In this document: in pieces, positions 10,096 to 19,267 of the stretch
Layout: each line of letters opens with the position of its first letter
Position numbering within the stretch: the stretch's first letter is position 1
NCBI GenBank assembly: GCA_018268435.1
Contig: JAFDWP010000159.1
Span: forward strand, 1 to 62,214
Length of the DNA stretch: 62,214 nucleotides
Direction: 5' to 3'
Source of the DNA: Actinomycetota bacterium
Lineage (GTDB): Bacteria > Actinomycetota > Actinomycetes > Actinomycetales > Microbacteriaceae
Translations under genes and position numbers: made by a program
The notes under the pieces: model-generated
What the model was told of the DNA's origin: nothing
Seen by the model: the letters and a program-made list of their open reading frames with translations, nothing else
Databases searched by the model: none

Positions 10096-11430
10096 TCACT
10101 CCTTCCCCCACGGCGAGGCCGTGGGATTGGACGACGGGGCGTTCGGTTGCGGCGTCGAGGGCGGGGGCGGCTGCGACGGCGGGGTGCTGCCGCTCTGACC
10201 GCCGGCCGCATCGGCTGCCGTCTCGGCCTGGCCGCCGAGCGCCTGCCCGGCCTGCGGCCCGGCCTCCGCGGCGCCCTTCACGACCTGCGCGCCGACCATC
10301 ACGACTGCTGCCGGCCCGGCACCCGCGACGGCGGTCTCCCCGCCGGCCTCGGCGGCGGCCGTCTCCCCGCCCGTGGTCGCCGCCGTGGGCGCGGTGGGCG
10401 CCGGAGGCGGCGTGCCGCCGCCACCACCGCTCCCGTCGCCGCCGCTGCTGTTGGGGTCGTCCAGCACCTTCTTGGGCTCGCCGCCGCCTTGCGGCTTGGA
10501 CGGCATCGGCACGGGGCGGTTGAGGGCGCTCTTGGCCTCCTGCTCGGTGCCCATCTGGTGGTACAGGTCGAAGCCGATGAAAGACACGAACCGGTAGACC
10601 ATGTACGGGGCGAAGGCCGCGATGCCGAGCAAGACGATGCCGGTGATCGGCTCGGTGACCGCGGAGATGTCCAGCTCGATCGGCGTGGCGATCTGGGTGA
10701 TCGCCAGCAGGAACACGATGACGAGCACGAGCTTGGAGACGATCAGGGCGATCACGAAGGCCGCCCATTTCCCGATCCACCCCTTGGTGGCGTCCCACGA
10801 CGCGCCCGAGAACGCGATGGGTGCGAGCACGACCCCGACCAGCAGCAGCGCCTTGCGGATCAACAGCGAGAACCACACGATCGCGACGGCGGCGATCATC
10901 AGCCCCGCGAGGAAGATCGTGACGATCGCGCCGACGCCGGGGGCGGCGATGTTGATGCCGGTCAGCCCGGCGGCGAGCAGGGCGATCTTGTCGCCCATCG
11001 TGCCGGTGGTCTCTCCGGCGGCCTGCACGATTCCGATGCAGAGCTGGTCCACGATTTCCAGGGCGAGCGCGGTAAGGGTGACGACGACGAACGCGCCGAG
11101 CACGCTCTTGGCCGCGCCGAGCGCGGCTCGGGACAGGGCGGTCGGGTCGCGGCGGATCAGCCCCGTGATGAGTTGCAGGCAGAAGAAGATCAGCACGAGG
11201 AAGACCCCGATCCCGAAGATCAGGTTGTAGACGCTGGTGAACCCCGCGGTCTTGACATCGACCAGAGTGGTGGTGTCGAACACGGTCCACATGGCCTCGA
11301 TCAGCCAGCCGGCCGCGCCGCCGAGGGCTTGGGCGAGCCAGTCGAACGGGGCGGCCACGACCGTCGCGGCGGCCTCGCCGGCCACGTCGCAGACGGTCGA
11401 AATCACGGGTACGTCGCAGACACCCATCAC
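10096..11430 (-). CDS. TrbL / VirB6-like conjugal transfer protein
   Basis: Multi-TM protein with low-complexity G/P/A-rich tail; AGGAG RBS. Confidence 0.75.
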   Translation of the reverse strand: MMGVCDVPVISTVCDVAGEAAATVVAAPFDWLAQALGGAAGWLIEAMWTVFDTTTLVDVKTAGFTSVYNLIFGIGVFLVLIFFCLQLITGLIRRDPTALSRAALGAAKSVLGAFVVVTLTALALEIVDQLCIGIVQAAGETTGTMGDKIALLAAGLTGINIAAPGVGAIVTIFLAGLMIAAVAIVWFSLLIRKALLLVGVVLAPIAFSGASWDATKGWIGKWAAFVIALIVSKLVLVIVFLLAITQIATPIELDISAVTEPITGIVLLGIAAFAPYMVYRFVSFIGFDLYHQMGTEQEAKSALNRPVPMPSKPQGGGEPKKVLDDPNSSGGDGSGGGGGTPPPAPTAPTAATTGGETAAAEAGGETAVAGAGPAAVVMVGAQVVKGAAEAGPQAGQALGGQAETAADAAGGQSGSTPPSQPPPPSTPQPNAPSSNPTASPWGKE

Positions 11431-11458
11431 GAATCTCCTGCGCTGGTGACGGGCGGGG

Positions 11459-11728
11459 TCATACCGATTGGCCCACGTTCCAGAAGAAGTTCACGAGCGT
11501 CACCGCGGCGCCGCAGATCACCGCCGCGCCGCAGGAGATGAGCACGCCGAGCTTGCCCCGACCCGACAGATGCGGGTTGCTGGAGTTGGCGCCGTAGGCC
11601 CAGACGATCGCGCTCACGATCAGCGCCAGCACGCTCAGAATCAAGCCGACCGTCATCACGGCGCCCACGATGTTTCTGAGCTGTTCGATGCCCGGCAAAC
11701 CGTTGCTGTTGGGGTTGATGTCGATCAC
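11459..11728 (-). CDS. DUF6112-like small two-TM (pilin-like) protein
   Basis: INPNSNGLPG, two TM helices, GAGGGAG RBS; paralog of 11865-12134. Confidence 0.7.
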   Translation of the reverse strand: MIDINPNSNGLPGIEQLRNIVGAVMTVGLILSVLALIVSAIVWAYGANSSNPHLSGRGKLGVLISCGAAVICGAAVTLVNFFWNVGQSV

Positions 11729-11819
11729 GGCGGGTACTCCCTCGCTTGCTGGATGGCTGTTCGGCGGCGAGGTGAGCCAGCCCTGCATCGAGCCCGACGC
11801 AGGGGCAGAGCGGAGACAG

Positions 11820-11853
11820 CCGGAAGGCCCGCCACGAGGGGCGGGCCTTCCGG
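11820..11853. terminator. 14-bp stem-loop between the two pilin-like genes
   Basis: CCGGAAGGCCCGCC-6 nt-GGCGGGCCTTCCGG; no U-tract. Confidence 0.55.
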
Positions 11854-11864
11854 TCGGGTGCGGG

Positions 11865-12134
11865 CTAGAGGTGCTGGCCGAGGGCGATGAGCCAGTTCAC
11901 CCACGCGACACCGGCGCCCGCGAGCGCGGCGGCACCGATCCCGACGAGCACCCCGACCCGGCCCTTGGAGGCGAGAGCCGGGTTGCCGTGCGAGGCGCCG
12001 AACGCCCAGCAGATCGCGGAGACGATCAGCATGAGCACGGCGACGATGAGCACGATCGTCAGCAGGGCACCGATCACCTTCTTCAGGTCGCCGATGCCGC
12101 CCAGCCCGTCGAAGTTGGGGAACACTCCCATCAC
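11865..12134 (-). CDS. DUF6112-like small two-TM (pilin-like) protein
   Basis: VFPNFDGLGG, two TM helices. Confidence 0.7.
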   Translation of the reverse strand: MMGVFPNFDGLGGIGDLKKVIGALLTIVLIVAVLMLIVSAICWAFGASHGNPALASKGRVGVLVGIGAAALAGAGVAWVNWLIALGQHL

Positions 12135-12181
12135 GCACCGCCCGCCAGGGCGCGCGTGGTCTTGCCGTGCACAGCGTTCAT
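12131..12181 (-). CDS. Putative leaderless 16-aa uORF (MNAVHGKTTRALAGGA)
   Basis: ATG 7 nt after GCACCT; stop overlaps next GTG (GTGA). Confidence 0.35.
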   Translation of the reverse strand: MNAVHGKTTRALAGGA

Positions 12182-12212
12182 GGCGGGCAGGTGCACGGGC
12201 GCGATCACACCG

Positions 12213-12935
12213 TCACCAGCCGAGGACTCGGCCGCCGTCCGCCCGCCGACGCGGCCCCGGGTCTGCTCCGAATGCATCCGGTTGCCCGGACGTGCGCGCG
12301 GGATGGCGGGCAGTCCCGTGCGCCTCCGCCGGGCGCGACGGCAGGGCGGTGCGAGGTTGGCTGAGCCATTGGCGGATCAGGTCGCGGTCGTCGGCCCACT
12401 CGTCGGCGAGGGTGTCGGCGAAGCCCCGTCGCCGGCTCCACCGGGCATGCGCATCCGGGTCCTGGGCGCGGTGCCAGTCGATCGCCTCGGCCAGCCTCGC
12501 CTGGCGCACCCGGCTCAGCGCGGCGACATACGTGCCCACCCGTTCGGGCACGGGTTCGTCACGGTGGGCGCGCCAGAACCCGAGCAGCCGGTCCTCGTCG
12601 CGCTCCTGCTCGCGGGGCGTGACGGCCAGGGCGTGCGCGCGCCGCCATTCCAGGCCGAGCCCGAACAGGCCGTCGCCCAGCCACGCCACGCTCTGGGCGA
12701 GGTCGGCCGGGCGGCGCTGCCGTTCGGGGAGCGTGTCGTCTCGATGCGTACGCCAGGAGGCCACGAGGTCGCGCTGCATCGCGTCGTAGCGGGACGAGTC
12801 CTCGTTCAGCTCGGCGGACAACAGCGCACGATCCAACCGCTGGAACCCTTCCGGCTGGATCGCCGCCATCCAGGCATTCGCCTGCGCGACGGCCGCCAGC
12901 GAGGGTCGGCCCGTCTCGTCGTTCTCGTCCGCCAT
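12213..12935 (-). CDS. Hypothetical ICE protein
   Basis: 240-aa ORF co-oriented with backbone; GCACCT 7 nt before ATG. Confidence 0.65.
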   Translation of the reverse strand: MADENDETGRPSLAAVAQANAWMAAIQPEGFQRLDRALLSAELNEDSSRYDAMQRDLVASWRTHRDDTLPERQRRPADLAQSVAWLGDGLFGLGLEWRRAHALAVTPREQERDEDRLLGFWRAHRDEPVPERVGTYVAALSRVRQARLAEAIDWHRAQDPDAHARWSRRRGFADTLADEWADDRDLIRQWLSQPRTALPSRPAEAHGTARHPARTSGQPDAFGADPGPRRRADGGRVLGW

Positions 12936-12977
12936 GCCGGGCAGGTGCTTCGGGCGCTCCTGCGACAGCGCGGCTGG

Positions 12978-13379
12978 TCAGGTGAGTTGGGTGATGAGGT
13001 CGCGGACGCGGGTCTCGATCTGGTCGCGGATGCCGCGCACGGTGTCGATGCCCTGTCCGGCGGGGTCGTCGAGCTGCCAGTCTTCGTAGCGTTTGCCGGG
13101 GAAGATCGGGCAGGTGTCGCCGCAGCCCATCGTGATGACGACATCGGCGGTCTTCACGGCGTCGGTGGTGAGGAGCTTGGGCCGCTCGGCGGTGATGTCG
13201 ATGCCGACCTCGCGCATGGCGTCGATGACGGCGGGGTTGAGCTGGTCGGCGGGCTCGGACCCGGCGGAGCGGACCTCGATCCGGTCCCCGGCCAGGTGAG
13301 TAAGCAGGCCGGCAGCCATTTGGGAGCGGCCGGCGTTGTGGACGCAGACGAACAGAACGGTCGGCTTGGGCGTGGTCAT
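12978..13379 (-). CDS. arsC: Arsenate reductase (LMW-PTP type)
   Basis: CVHNAGRS, MGCGDTCP, DDP motifs; ATGA overlap with acr3. Confidence 0.93.
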   Translation of the reverse strand: MTTPKPTVLFVCVHNAGRSQMAAGLLTHLAGDRIEVRSAGSEPADQLNPAVIDAMREVGIDITAERPKLLTTDAVKTADVVITMGCGDTCPIFPGKRYEDWQLDDPAGQGIDTVRGIRDQIETRVRDLITQLT

Positions 13380-14488
13380 TGTGGGCTCATTTCGAGTTGG
13401 TAGGGATCGGTGTGGAACCAGCGGCGGGCGATCCAGAGGGAGACGTAGACGAGGGCGACCAGGACGGGCACCTCCATGAGCGGGCCGACCACGCCGGCCA
13501 GTGCCTGACCGGAGGTGGCGCCGAAGGTGCCGATCGCGACGGCGATGGCGAGCTCGAAGTTGTTGCCCGCCGCGGTGAACGCCAGTGTCGTGGAGCGGGC
13601 GTAGCCGAGGCCGAGGGTCTTGCCGAGCCCGAGGCCGGTGAACCACATCAGCGCGAAGTAGACTAGCAGCGGCAGGGCGATCCGGGCCACGTCGAGAGGC
13701 TGTCTGATGATCTGGTCGCCTTGGAGGGCGAACAGCAGCACGATGGTGAACAGCAGCCCGTAGAGTGCCCACGGCCCGACGCGCGGGAGGAACGTCTCCT
13801 CATACCAAGCCCGGCCGCGGCGATGCTCGCCGATCCAGCGGGACGTGAACCCGGCGATGAGCGGGATGCCGAGGAAGACCAGGACGTTGAGCGCGATCTT
13901 GGCGACCGACACGTCCAGGCCCTGAGTGTCCAGGCCCAGCCAGCCGGGCAGCACGGTGAGGTAGAACCAGCCGAGGAACGAGAACGCGACGACCTGGAAG
14001 ATCGAGTTGATCGCCACCAGCACGGCGGTGGCCTCCCGGTCGCCGCAGGCGAGGTCGTTCCAGATCACGACCATCGCGATGCAGCGGGCCAGGCCCACGA
14101 TGATGAGGCCGGTGCGGTATTCGGGAAGGTCGGGCAGGAACACCCAGGCGAGGGCGAACATCACCGCCGGCCCCACCAGCCAGTTCAGCAGCAGCGACGA
14201 CACCAGGAGCTTCTTGTCGCCGGTGACGGCGGCCACCTTGTCGTAGCGGACCTTCGCCAGCACCGGATACATCATCACCAGCAGACCCAGCCCGATCGGC
14301 ACCGAGATACCGGCGACCTCCATGCGAGTGAGCACGTCGGCCAGGGCCGGGATGAACCGGCCGAGCAGGAGCCCGGCGATCATTGCGAGCCCGATCCAAA
14401 CGGGCAGCCATCGGTCGAGCGTCGACAATCGTCGGGCGCCGGCGACCACCGGGACGGTCGCGGTGCTCACGCCGTTTGGTCTCGTCAC
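13376..14488 (-). CDS. acr3: ACR3 family arsenite efflux transporter
   Basis: MMYPVLAKV, GLARCIAMV, GNNFELAIA. Confidence 0.95.
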   Translation of the reverse strand: MTRPNGVSTATVPVVAGARRLSTLDRWLPVWIGLAMIAGLLLGRFIPALADVLTRMEVAGISVPIGLGLLVMMYPVLAKVRYDKVAAVTGDKKLLVSSLLLNWLVGPAVMFALAWVFLPDLPEYRTGLIIVGLARCIAMVVIWNDLACGDREATAVLVAINSIFQVVAFSFLGWFYLTVLPGWLGLDTQGLDVSVAKIALNVLVFLGIPLIAGFTSRWIGEHRRGRAWYEETFLPRVGPWALYGLLFTIVLLFALQGDQIIRQPLDVARIALPLLVYFALMWFTGLGLGKTLGLGYARSTTLAFTAAGNNFELAIAVAIGTFGATSGQALAGVVGPLMEVPVLVALVYVSLWIARRWFHTDPYQLEMSPQ

Positions 14489-15348
14489 TTCGATGAGGCG
14501 GTGGGCTTGGTGGCGCGGATGATCGCGGAGTGCATGCCGTCCGCGGCCTCGTGGGTGAACTCCACGGTGGCGTCGGCGAACCCGACCGCAGCGAGCCCGT
14601 CGAGGTATTCGCTCCGGGAGAGGGCTCCGGCGATGCAGCCGACATAGGAGCCACGCTCAGCCCGCTCCGCCGGGCTCAGGTGGTCTTCGGCGACGACATC
14701 GGAGACCCCGATCCGCCCGCCGGGGCTCAGGACGCGGAACATCTCAGCGAGCACAGCGGGCTTGTCGGTCGAGAGGTTGATGACGCAGTTGGAGATCACT
14801 ACGTCAACCGCCCCGTCCGGCAGAGGAACGTCCTCGATAGTGCCCCTCAAGAACTCCACGTTGGCGGCTTCGGCCTTGGCCGCGTTCTCACGGGCCAGGT
14901 CCAGCATCTCGTCGGTCATGTCCACGCCATAGGCGAACCCCGTAGGCCCGACCCGGCGGGCCGACAGCAGCACGTCGATGCCGCCGCCCGAGCCAAGGTC
15001 GAGGACTCGCTCGCCTTCGTGCAGCTCGGCCACGGCGGTCGGGTTCCCGCAGCCCAGGCTCGCCTCGACCGCCTCGATCGGCAGCCCGGCGGTGGTCGCA
15101 GCGTCGTAGAGGCCCGCGCCGAAGCTCCGCTCCGTCGTGATCGTGTCGCCGCAGCACGACGAGTCGCAGCAGGCATCCTCCGCCTGCTGGGTGGTGTCGC
15201 GCTCCGCGGGGGCACCACCGCAGCAGGACGTACCGCAACAGGCATCCTCGACCAACAGGTCCGCGTTGCGGGTGCCCGCCTTGACCGCGGTCGCGGCCCC
15301 GGCGTAGCGGGCGCGAACCTGCTCACGCAGTTCATCGTTCTCGGTCAT
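14485..15348 (-). CDS. arsM: Arsenite S-adenosylmethyltransferase
   Basis: SLGCGNP, VLDLGSGGGID, ISNCVINL, GCIAGA. Confidence 0.93.
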   Translation of the reverse strand: MTENDELREQVRARYAGAATAVKAGTRNADLLVEDACCGTSCCGGAPAERDTTQQAEDACCDSSCCGDTITTERSFGAGLYDAATTAGLPIEAVEASLGCGNPTAVAELHEGERVLDLGSGGGIDVLLSARRVGPTGFAYGVDMTDEMLDLARENAAKAEAANVEFLRGTIEDVPLPDGAVDVVISNCVINLSTDKPAVLAEMFRVLSPGGRIGVSDVVAEDHLSPAERAERGSYVGCIAGALSRSEYLDGLAAVGFADATVEFTHEAADGMHSAIIRATKPTASSK

Positions 15349-15382
15349 AGTGGGCTCCGTTCATGTCGGATGGATCAAGTCA

Positions 15383-15418
15383 TATTGATGATGGTCGATG
15401 CATCGACAGGTGTCAATA
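15383..15418. promoter_or_regulatory. Putative ArsR operator
   Basis: TATTGA-N5-GTCGATGCATCGAC-N5-TCAATA dyad between divergent arsM and arsR. Confidence 0.7.
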
Positions 15419-15438
15419 CGTCGGGGTAAGGTGGTGCC

Positions 15439-15819
15439 ATGACGACTTCGCTGCCCCTGCTGACCACCGATGCGTCCGGGTGCTGCGCACCGATGACCGC
15501 AGGCGTCATGGGAGTCGAGGACGCGCAGCGCCTGGCGCGGGTGTTCAAGGCGCTGGGCGATCCGACCAGGGTCAGGTTGCTGTCGATGATCGCCGCGCAA
15601 TCCGGCGGGGAGGCATGCGTGTGCGACCTGACCGAACCGGTCGGCCTCTCCCAGCCCACCGTGTCGCATCACATGAAGCAGCTCGTCGACGCCGGCCTGG
15701 TCACCCGCGAGCAGCGCGGCAAGTGGGCCTACTACATGCTCGTCCCCGCGACCCTGGCGATGCTCTCCGGCGTCCTCGACCCGCAATCCCTCCGAGCTGG
15801 AACAGGCTCAGCCTGCTGA
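15439..15819 (+). CDS. arsR: ArsR/SmtB family regulator
   Basis: FKALGDPTR, EACVCDL, SQPTVSHH. Confidence 0.93.
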   Translation: MTTSLPLLTTDASGCCAPMTAGVMGVEDAQRLARVFKALGDPTRVRLLSMIAAQSGGEACVCDLTEPVGLSQPTVSHHMKQLVDAGLVTREQRGKWAYYMLVPATLAMLSGVLDPQSLRAGTGSAC

Positions 15820-15857
15820 TCCGCCGACGATTGCATCAGATGTAACTTCCGACCTTT

Positions 15858-17513
15858 TCAGAGCATCGAGACGTGCACGTGGTCGTAGTGGCCGCCGGTC
15901 GGGTCGGAGGGGTCGTAGATGCCGCCGCCGGTGTAGGGACGCCAGCCCTCGTCGGCGTGGGCGGTCGACCAGATGCGGCCCTGCCAGATGACGTAGTTCA
16001 CGGCCCAGGTCTTGGCGTTGGCGACCAGCCAGTCCACGAGGCGATCCCCGTTCTCCTTGTCCGCGCCCTTCGGGAAGGTGCCGAGGGTGCCGAACACCAC
16101 GTCACAGGCTTTGCCTTTCGGGTGATCGGAGGTTGGGTTCCAGGTATGCGGGTCCCAGCAGGAGATGCCGTCGTCGCCGACGTTCATGGCCTTGATCTGC
16201 TGCACCATCCGCGCGGTGCGCGGGGTGACGCAGGCGCCCTTCCGGCCCGGCTGGCTCGGGTCTGGCACCGTGCAGGACTCGGCGGGCCACGACCCGTCCG
16301 GGTTCTTCGTCGGCGGGTCGATCCCGGTGTCCGGGGAGAACCCGGCCGAGCTTTGACAACTCGAGGGGCTGCCGCCGGTGGCTTCGGGGAGGTCAGCGGC
16401 GTGATGCTGGTTGAGCCACTTGGCGGAGTCGATGGCCTTCCCGTTCGTGCCGCCGGGCCGGACCTCGAAGTGCAGATGCGGGCCGGTGGACATGCCGCTG
16501 CTGCCGACGTTGCCGATGTGCTGTCCTGCGGTCACCCGGTCGCCGACGTGGGCGAGGATGCCGGACTGCCACATGTGCCCGTAGGCGGTCGCGACCGTCT
16601 GCCCGTCGATCTGGTGCTCGATGACGATCAGCCCGCCGTAGCCGCCGGAGAACTCGGCGACGGTGACCACGCCATCGGCGGCGGCCAGGATCGGGGTGCC
16701 GTCCGGGGCGGCGAAGTCCGTGCCGGTGTGGAAGGACTGCTCCCCGGTGATCGGGTGCACCCGCGGCCCGAACGGCGAGGACAGCACCCAGGTGCCCTCC
16801 GGCAGTGGGAACACCACCCGCGACGACCCCGTGCTCGCCGGGCCGCTGGTGCTCGCGCTCGTGCTGGTCGTGTCGGTGAGCGCGTCGAGGATGCGGGCGG
16901 CGACGGGCTCGTAGCTCTGATACCTGTCCGGGAACGCTGAGACCTCGACGCTTTGCGCGGCCTGCCCGGGGTCCATCTGCGCCCACCCGGCAATGTCCAG
17001 CAGGCCGCGTGGGGAGCCGTGGTTCGGGCCGTTCGGGCCGCCGTAGAAGGCCTTGGCCTGGTAGGTCGCGTCCATGAGTTCCGCGACCGTGCCCCACCCC
17101 GACTGCGGCCGCATCTGGAACAGACCGAGACTGTCATGGTCCCCGCCATTGCCGTCGTTCGGGTAGTTCGCGGACTCGGGGTAGGCGCTGGTGTTGGCGA
17201 GCTGGCGCAGGCTGCTCTCGGTGAGCGCCGCCATCAGCGCGATCTTGATGCCGGCCCGGCCCACGCCCTCGATCCCGTTGCCGACCGTGATGATGGTCGC
17301 CGCATGGGTGAGCTGCGTGCGGTTCAGGGTGATCGTCGTGCCGTCGCGGGTGGTGGCCGTCAGCGAGTCCGGGACGTTCCCGACCGTGACGGCGCCGCCC
17401 GGTGTGGCGCACAGCGCGGCGGCAGGGTTCATCAGCACGCCGATCGCGAGCAGGATGCTGGCCGGCCCGAACAGCACGAGAGCGAGCCCGACGATGAGGA
17501 GCTTCTTGACCAC
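15858..17513 (-). CDS. Multidomain conjugative cell-wall hydrolase (lysozyme-like + M23 + C-terminal His-rich domain)
   Basis: ALTES..DSLGLFQ; M23 HTGTD and HLH; C-terminal DHPKGKACD..HVH. Confidence 0.8.
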   Translation of the reverse strand: MVKKLLIVGLALVLFGPASILLAIGVLMNPAAALCATPGGAVTVGNVPDSLTATTRDGTTITLNRTQLTHAATIITVGNGIEGVGRAGIKIALMAALTESSLRQLANTSAYPESANYPNDGNGGDHDSLGLFQMRPQSGWGTVAELMDATYQAKAFYGGPNGPNHGSPRGLLDIAGWAQMDPGQAAQSVEVSAFPDRYQSYEPVAARILDALTDTTSTSASTSGPASTGSSRVVFPLPEGTWVLSSPFGPRVHPITGEQSFHTGTDFAAPDGTPILAAADGVVTVAEFSGGYGGLIVIEHQIDGQTVATAYGHMWQSGILAHVGDRVTAGQHIGNVGSSGMSTGPHLHFEVRPGGTNGKAIDSAKWLNQHHAADLPEATGGSPSSCQSSAGFSPDTGIDPPTKNPDGSWPAESCTVPDPSQPGRKGACVTPRTARMVQQIKAMNVGDDGISCWDPHTWNPTSDHPKGKACDVVFGTLGTFPKGADKENGDRLVDWLVANAKTWAVNYVIWQGRIWSTAHADEGWRPYTGGGIYDPSDPTGGHYDHVHVSML

Positions 17514-17531
17514 GACAACCCCCTTGCCGGA

Positions 17532-18230
17532 TCAGCGGAGTGGGTTGTCGAGCTGCGAGAGGCGCAGCACATGGCATAGGCCGGAACGGAACTCCGGTGC
17601 CGGCGGCGGGCAGGCCAGGAAGATCGTGAACGACACCGGATGGTCGGAGGTGACCCGTTCGCCGTTCCAGACGCCCTCCCGGTGGCGGGTGCCCTCAATC
17701 GTGACCGCCGTCGCGCCCTTGGGGAGCTGGCCCGGCTGGGCCTGCGCGACCGCCTCGGCCCAGGCCTTCGGCACGAACGTCTTGTCGATGATGAGCTGCT
17801 GGCTGGTGTCGTACTTGCGCAGCTCGATCCACGTCTCACGGGTGGGCAGATAAGAGGCGATGTCCGAGGAGAGGCCGGCCTGCTCCGTGCCGGACGGGTC
17901 GCCCACCCGGAGGATCGCGGCGGTGTAGTCCAGCGGCATCAGCCCGGAGCCGGTGTCCCAGCGAAACAGCGCCTCGGCGACGTTGCGGGCGAACTGATCC
18001 GGGTCGCTGGACAGAGCGACCTTCGGCACCCCGGACGTGGCCGTCCCCGATGGGTTCGGCGCGGTCGCCGAGGGCGCCGAACCGGGGCTGGTGTCGCCGG
18101 GCCGGTGCGGGCCGGCGAGCAGCCCATACACGCCGACGCCGGCCAGGATCAGCAGCGCGAGGGCGGCGGCAATCACGGCGATGAGGCGTCCACGGGACCA
18201 GCGGGACCACAGAGCGGGATTCGTCTTCAT
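17532..18230 (-). CDS. Membrane-anchored conjugation-associated protein
   Basis: N-terminal TM helix, P/S-rich linker, C-terminal Cys pair; GCACCT 6 nt before ATG. Confidence 0.7.
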   Translation of the reverse strand: MKTNPALWSRWSRGRLIAVIAAALALLILAGVGVYGLLAGPHRPGDTSPGSAPSATAPNPSGTATSGVPKVALSSDPDQFARNVAEALFRWDTGSGLMPLDYTAAILRVGDPSGTEQAGLSSDIASYLPTRETWIELRKYDTSQQLIIDKTFVPKAWAEAVAQAQPGQLPKGATAVTIEGTRHREGVWNGERVTSDHPVSFTIFLACPPPAPEFRSGLCHVLRLSQLDNPLR

Positions 18231-18274
18231 GCCGCCAGGTGCTCCCCGCCCGCAACGGGCGCGGCCCTGAGCGG

Positions 18275-19267
18275 TCAGAGGGCGCGCAGCAGCGGCCGGC
18301 TGTCGCGGGCGATGCGGAGCCGGTCGGCGAACTCCGTCGTGCCCTCGACGGTGGCGTAGAACGCATCGGCCTGCTCGTCGGTGAGCTCGACGGCCAGCTC
18401 GTCCACGTCGTAGTGGGTCCACCAGGCATCCAGGTCGTCCCAGATCAGCACGAACGCGCGCACCGGGAACCGCGCCGGCACGTCATCGTCGGTGACCGGG
18501 CGGCGCTTGGACGTGGCCGCTTTCCCGGTCTTGCCGGTCTTGGCGGTGTGGACGCGGGCCAGGGCTTCGTCGGCCAGCTCGTGCAGCAGCCGGTCCCGTT
18601 CGACATCAGCGTCGGCCTGCGCGTCACGAAGGTGTTGGAAGATCGGGTTGACCGCCGCGCCGGCCTCGATCTGGTCCAGCCCGTCCCGCGCCTGGGCGCG
18701 TACCGCCTCCGTCGCGTCGGGGTCGTCGGCCAGGCGTTGCAGGTAGCCGATCTGTTCCAGCCGGGTGTAGGACGACGAGCCGGTGACCATCTGCGCCGCC
18801 TGCTGACGGGTCTTCCCAACCGGCTGCGACGGTGGTGCCGATTCGGCACCACCGTCCATCCCCGGCTGATTCTTCCGGCTGAACCGGCTGGCCTCCTGCC
18901 GGCGGGCGGCGTCCTCGACCATCAGCGCCTTCAGCTCCCGATACAGGGCGGCGGCCTCGATCGGGGTGAGCGGCTTGTGGAGCTGGTTGTCGTCCTGCTC
19001 GGCCAGCAGATGCCCGAGCCGATCCGAGATGCCCGACCGCACCCAGACGCTGACCCGCCGCCAGCCGAGCTGCTTGATCGCCGCGAGCCGCCGCGCCCCG
19101 CACACCAGCGCCCCGTCCGGGGTGATCGTGGGCGGCTGCAACAGCCCGTCCCGGTCGATGGACGCCGCGAGCGCGTCGAGGTCGCCCAGGTCCGTGCGGT
19201 GCCGGTTGCCGACAGTGATCGAGTCCACCGCCCGCTCCAGCTCGATGTGCCCGGCCGGCGCGCTCAT
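18275..19267 (-). CDS. ParB N-terminal domain protein
   Basis: LAASIDRDGLLQP, LVCGARRLAA; ATGA coupling. Confidence 0.85.
   Translation of the reverse strand: MSAPAGHIELERAVDSITVGNRHRTDLGDLDALAASIDRDGLLQPPTITPDGALVCGARRLAAIKQLGWRRVSVWVRSGISDRLGHLLAEQDDNQLHKPLTPIEAAALYRELKALMVEDAARRQEASRFSRKNQPGMDGGAESAPPSQPVGKTRQQAAQMVTGSSSYTRLEQIGYLQRLADDPDATEAVRAQARDGLDQIEAGAAVNPIFQHLRDAQADADVERDRLLHELADEALARVHTAKTGKTGKAATSKRRPVTDDDVPARFPVRAFVLIWDDLDAWWTHYDVDELAVELTDEQADAFYATVEGTTEFADRLRIARDSRPLLRAL

Noticed and set aside
9796-13403. Long plus-strand ORFs (581 and 577 aa) and similar antisense ORFs across the window
   Set aside because: Shadow frames of real genes in high-GC DNA; R/G/A/P-rich with no motifs
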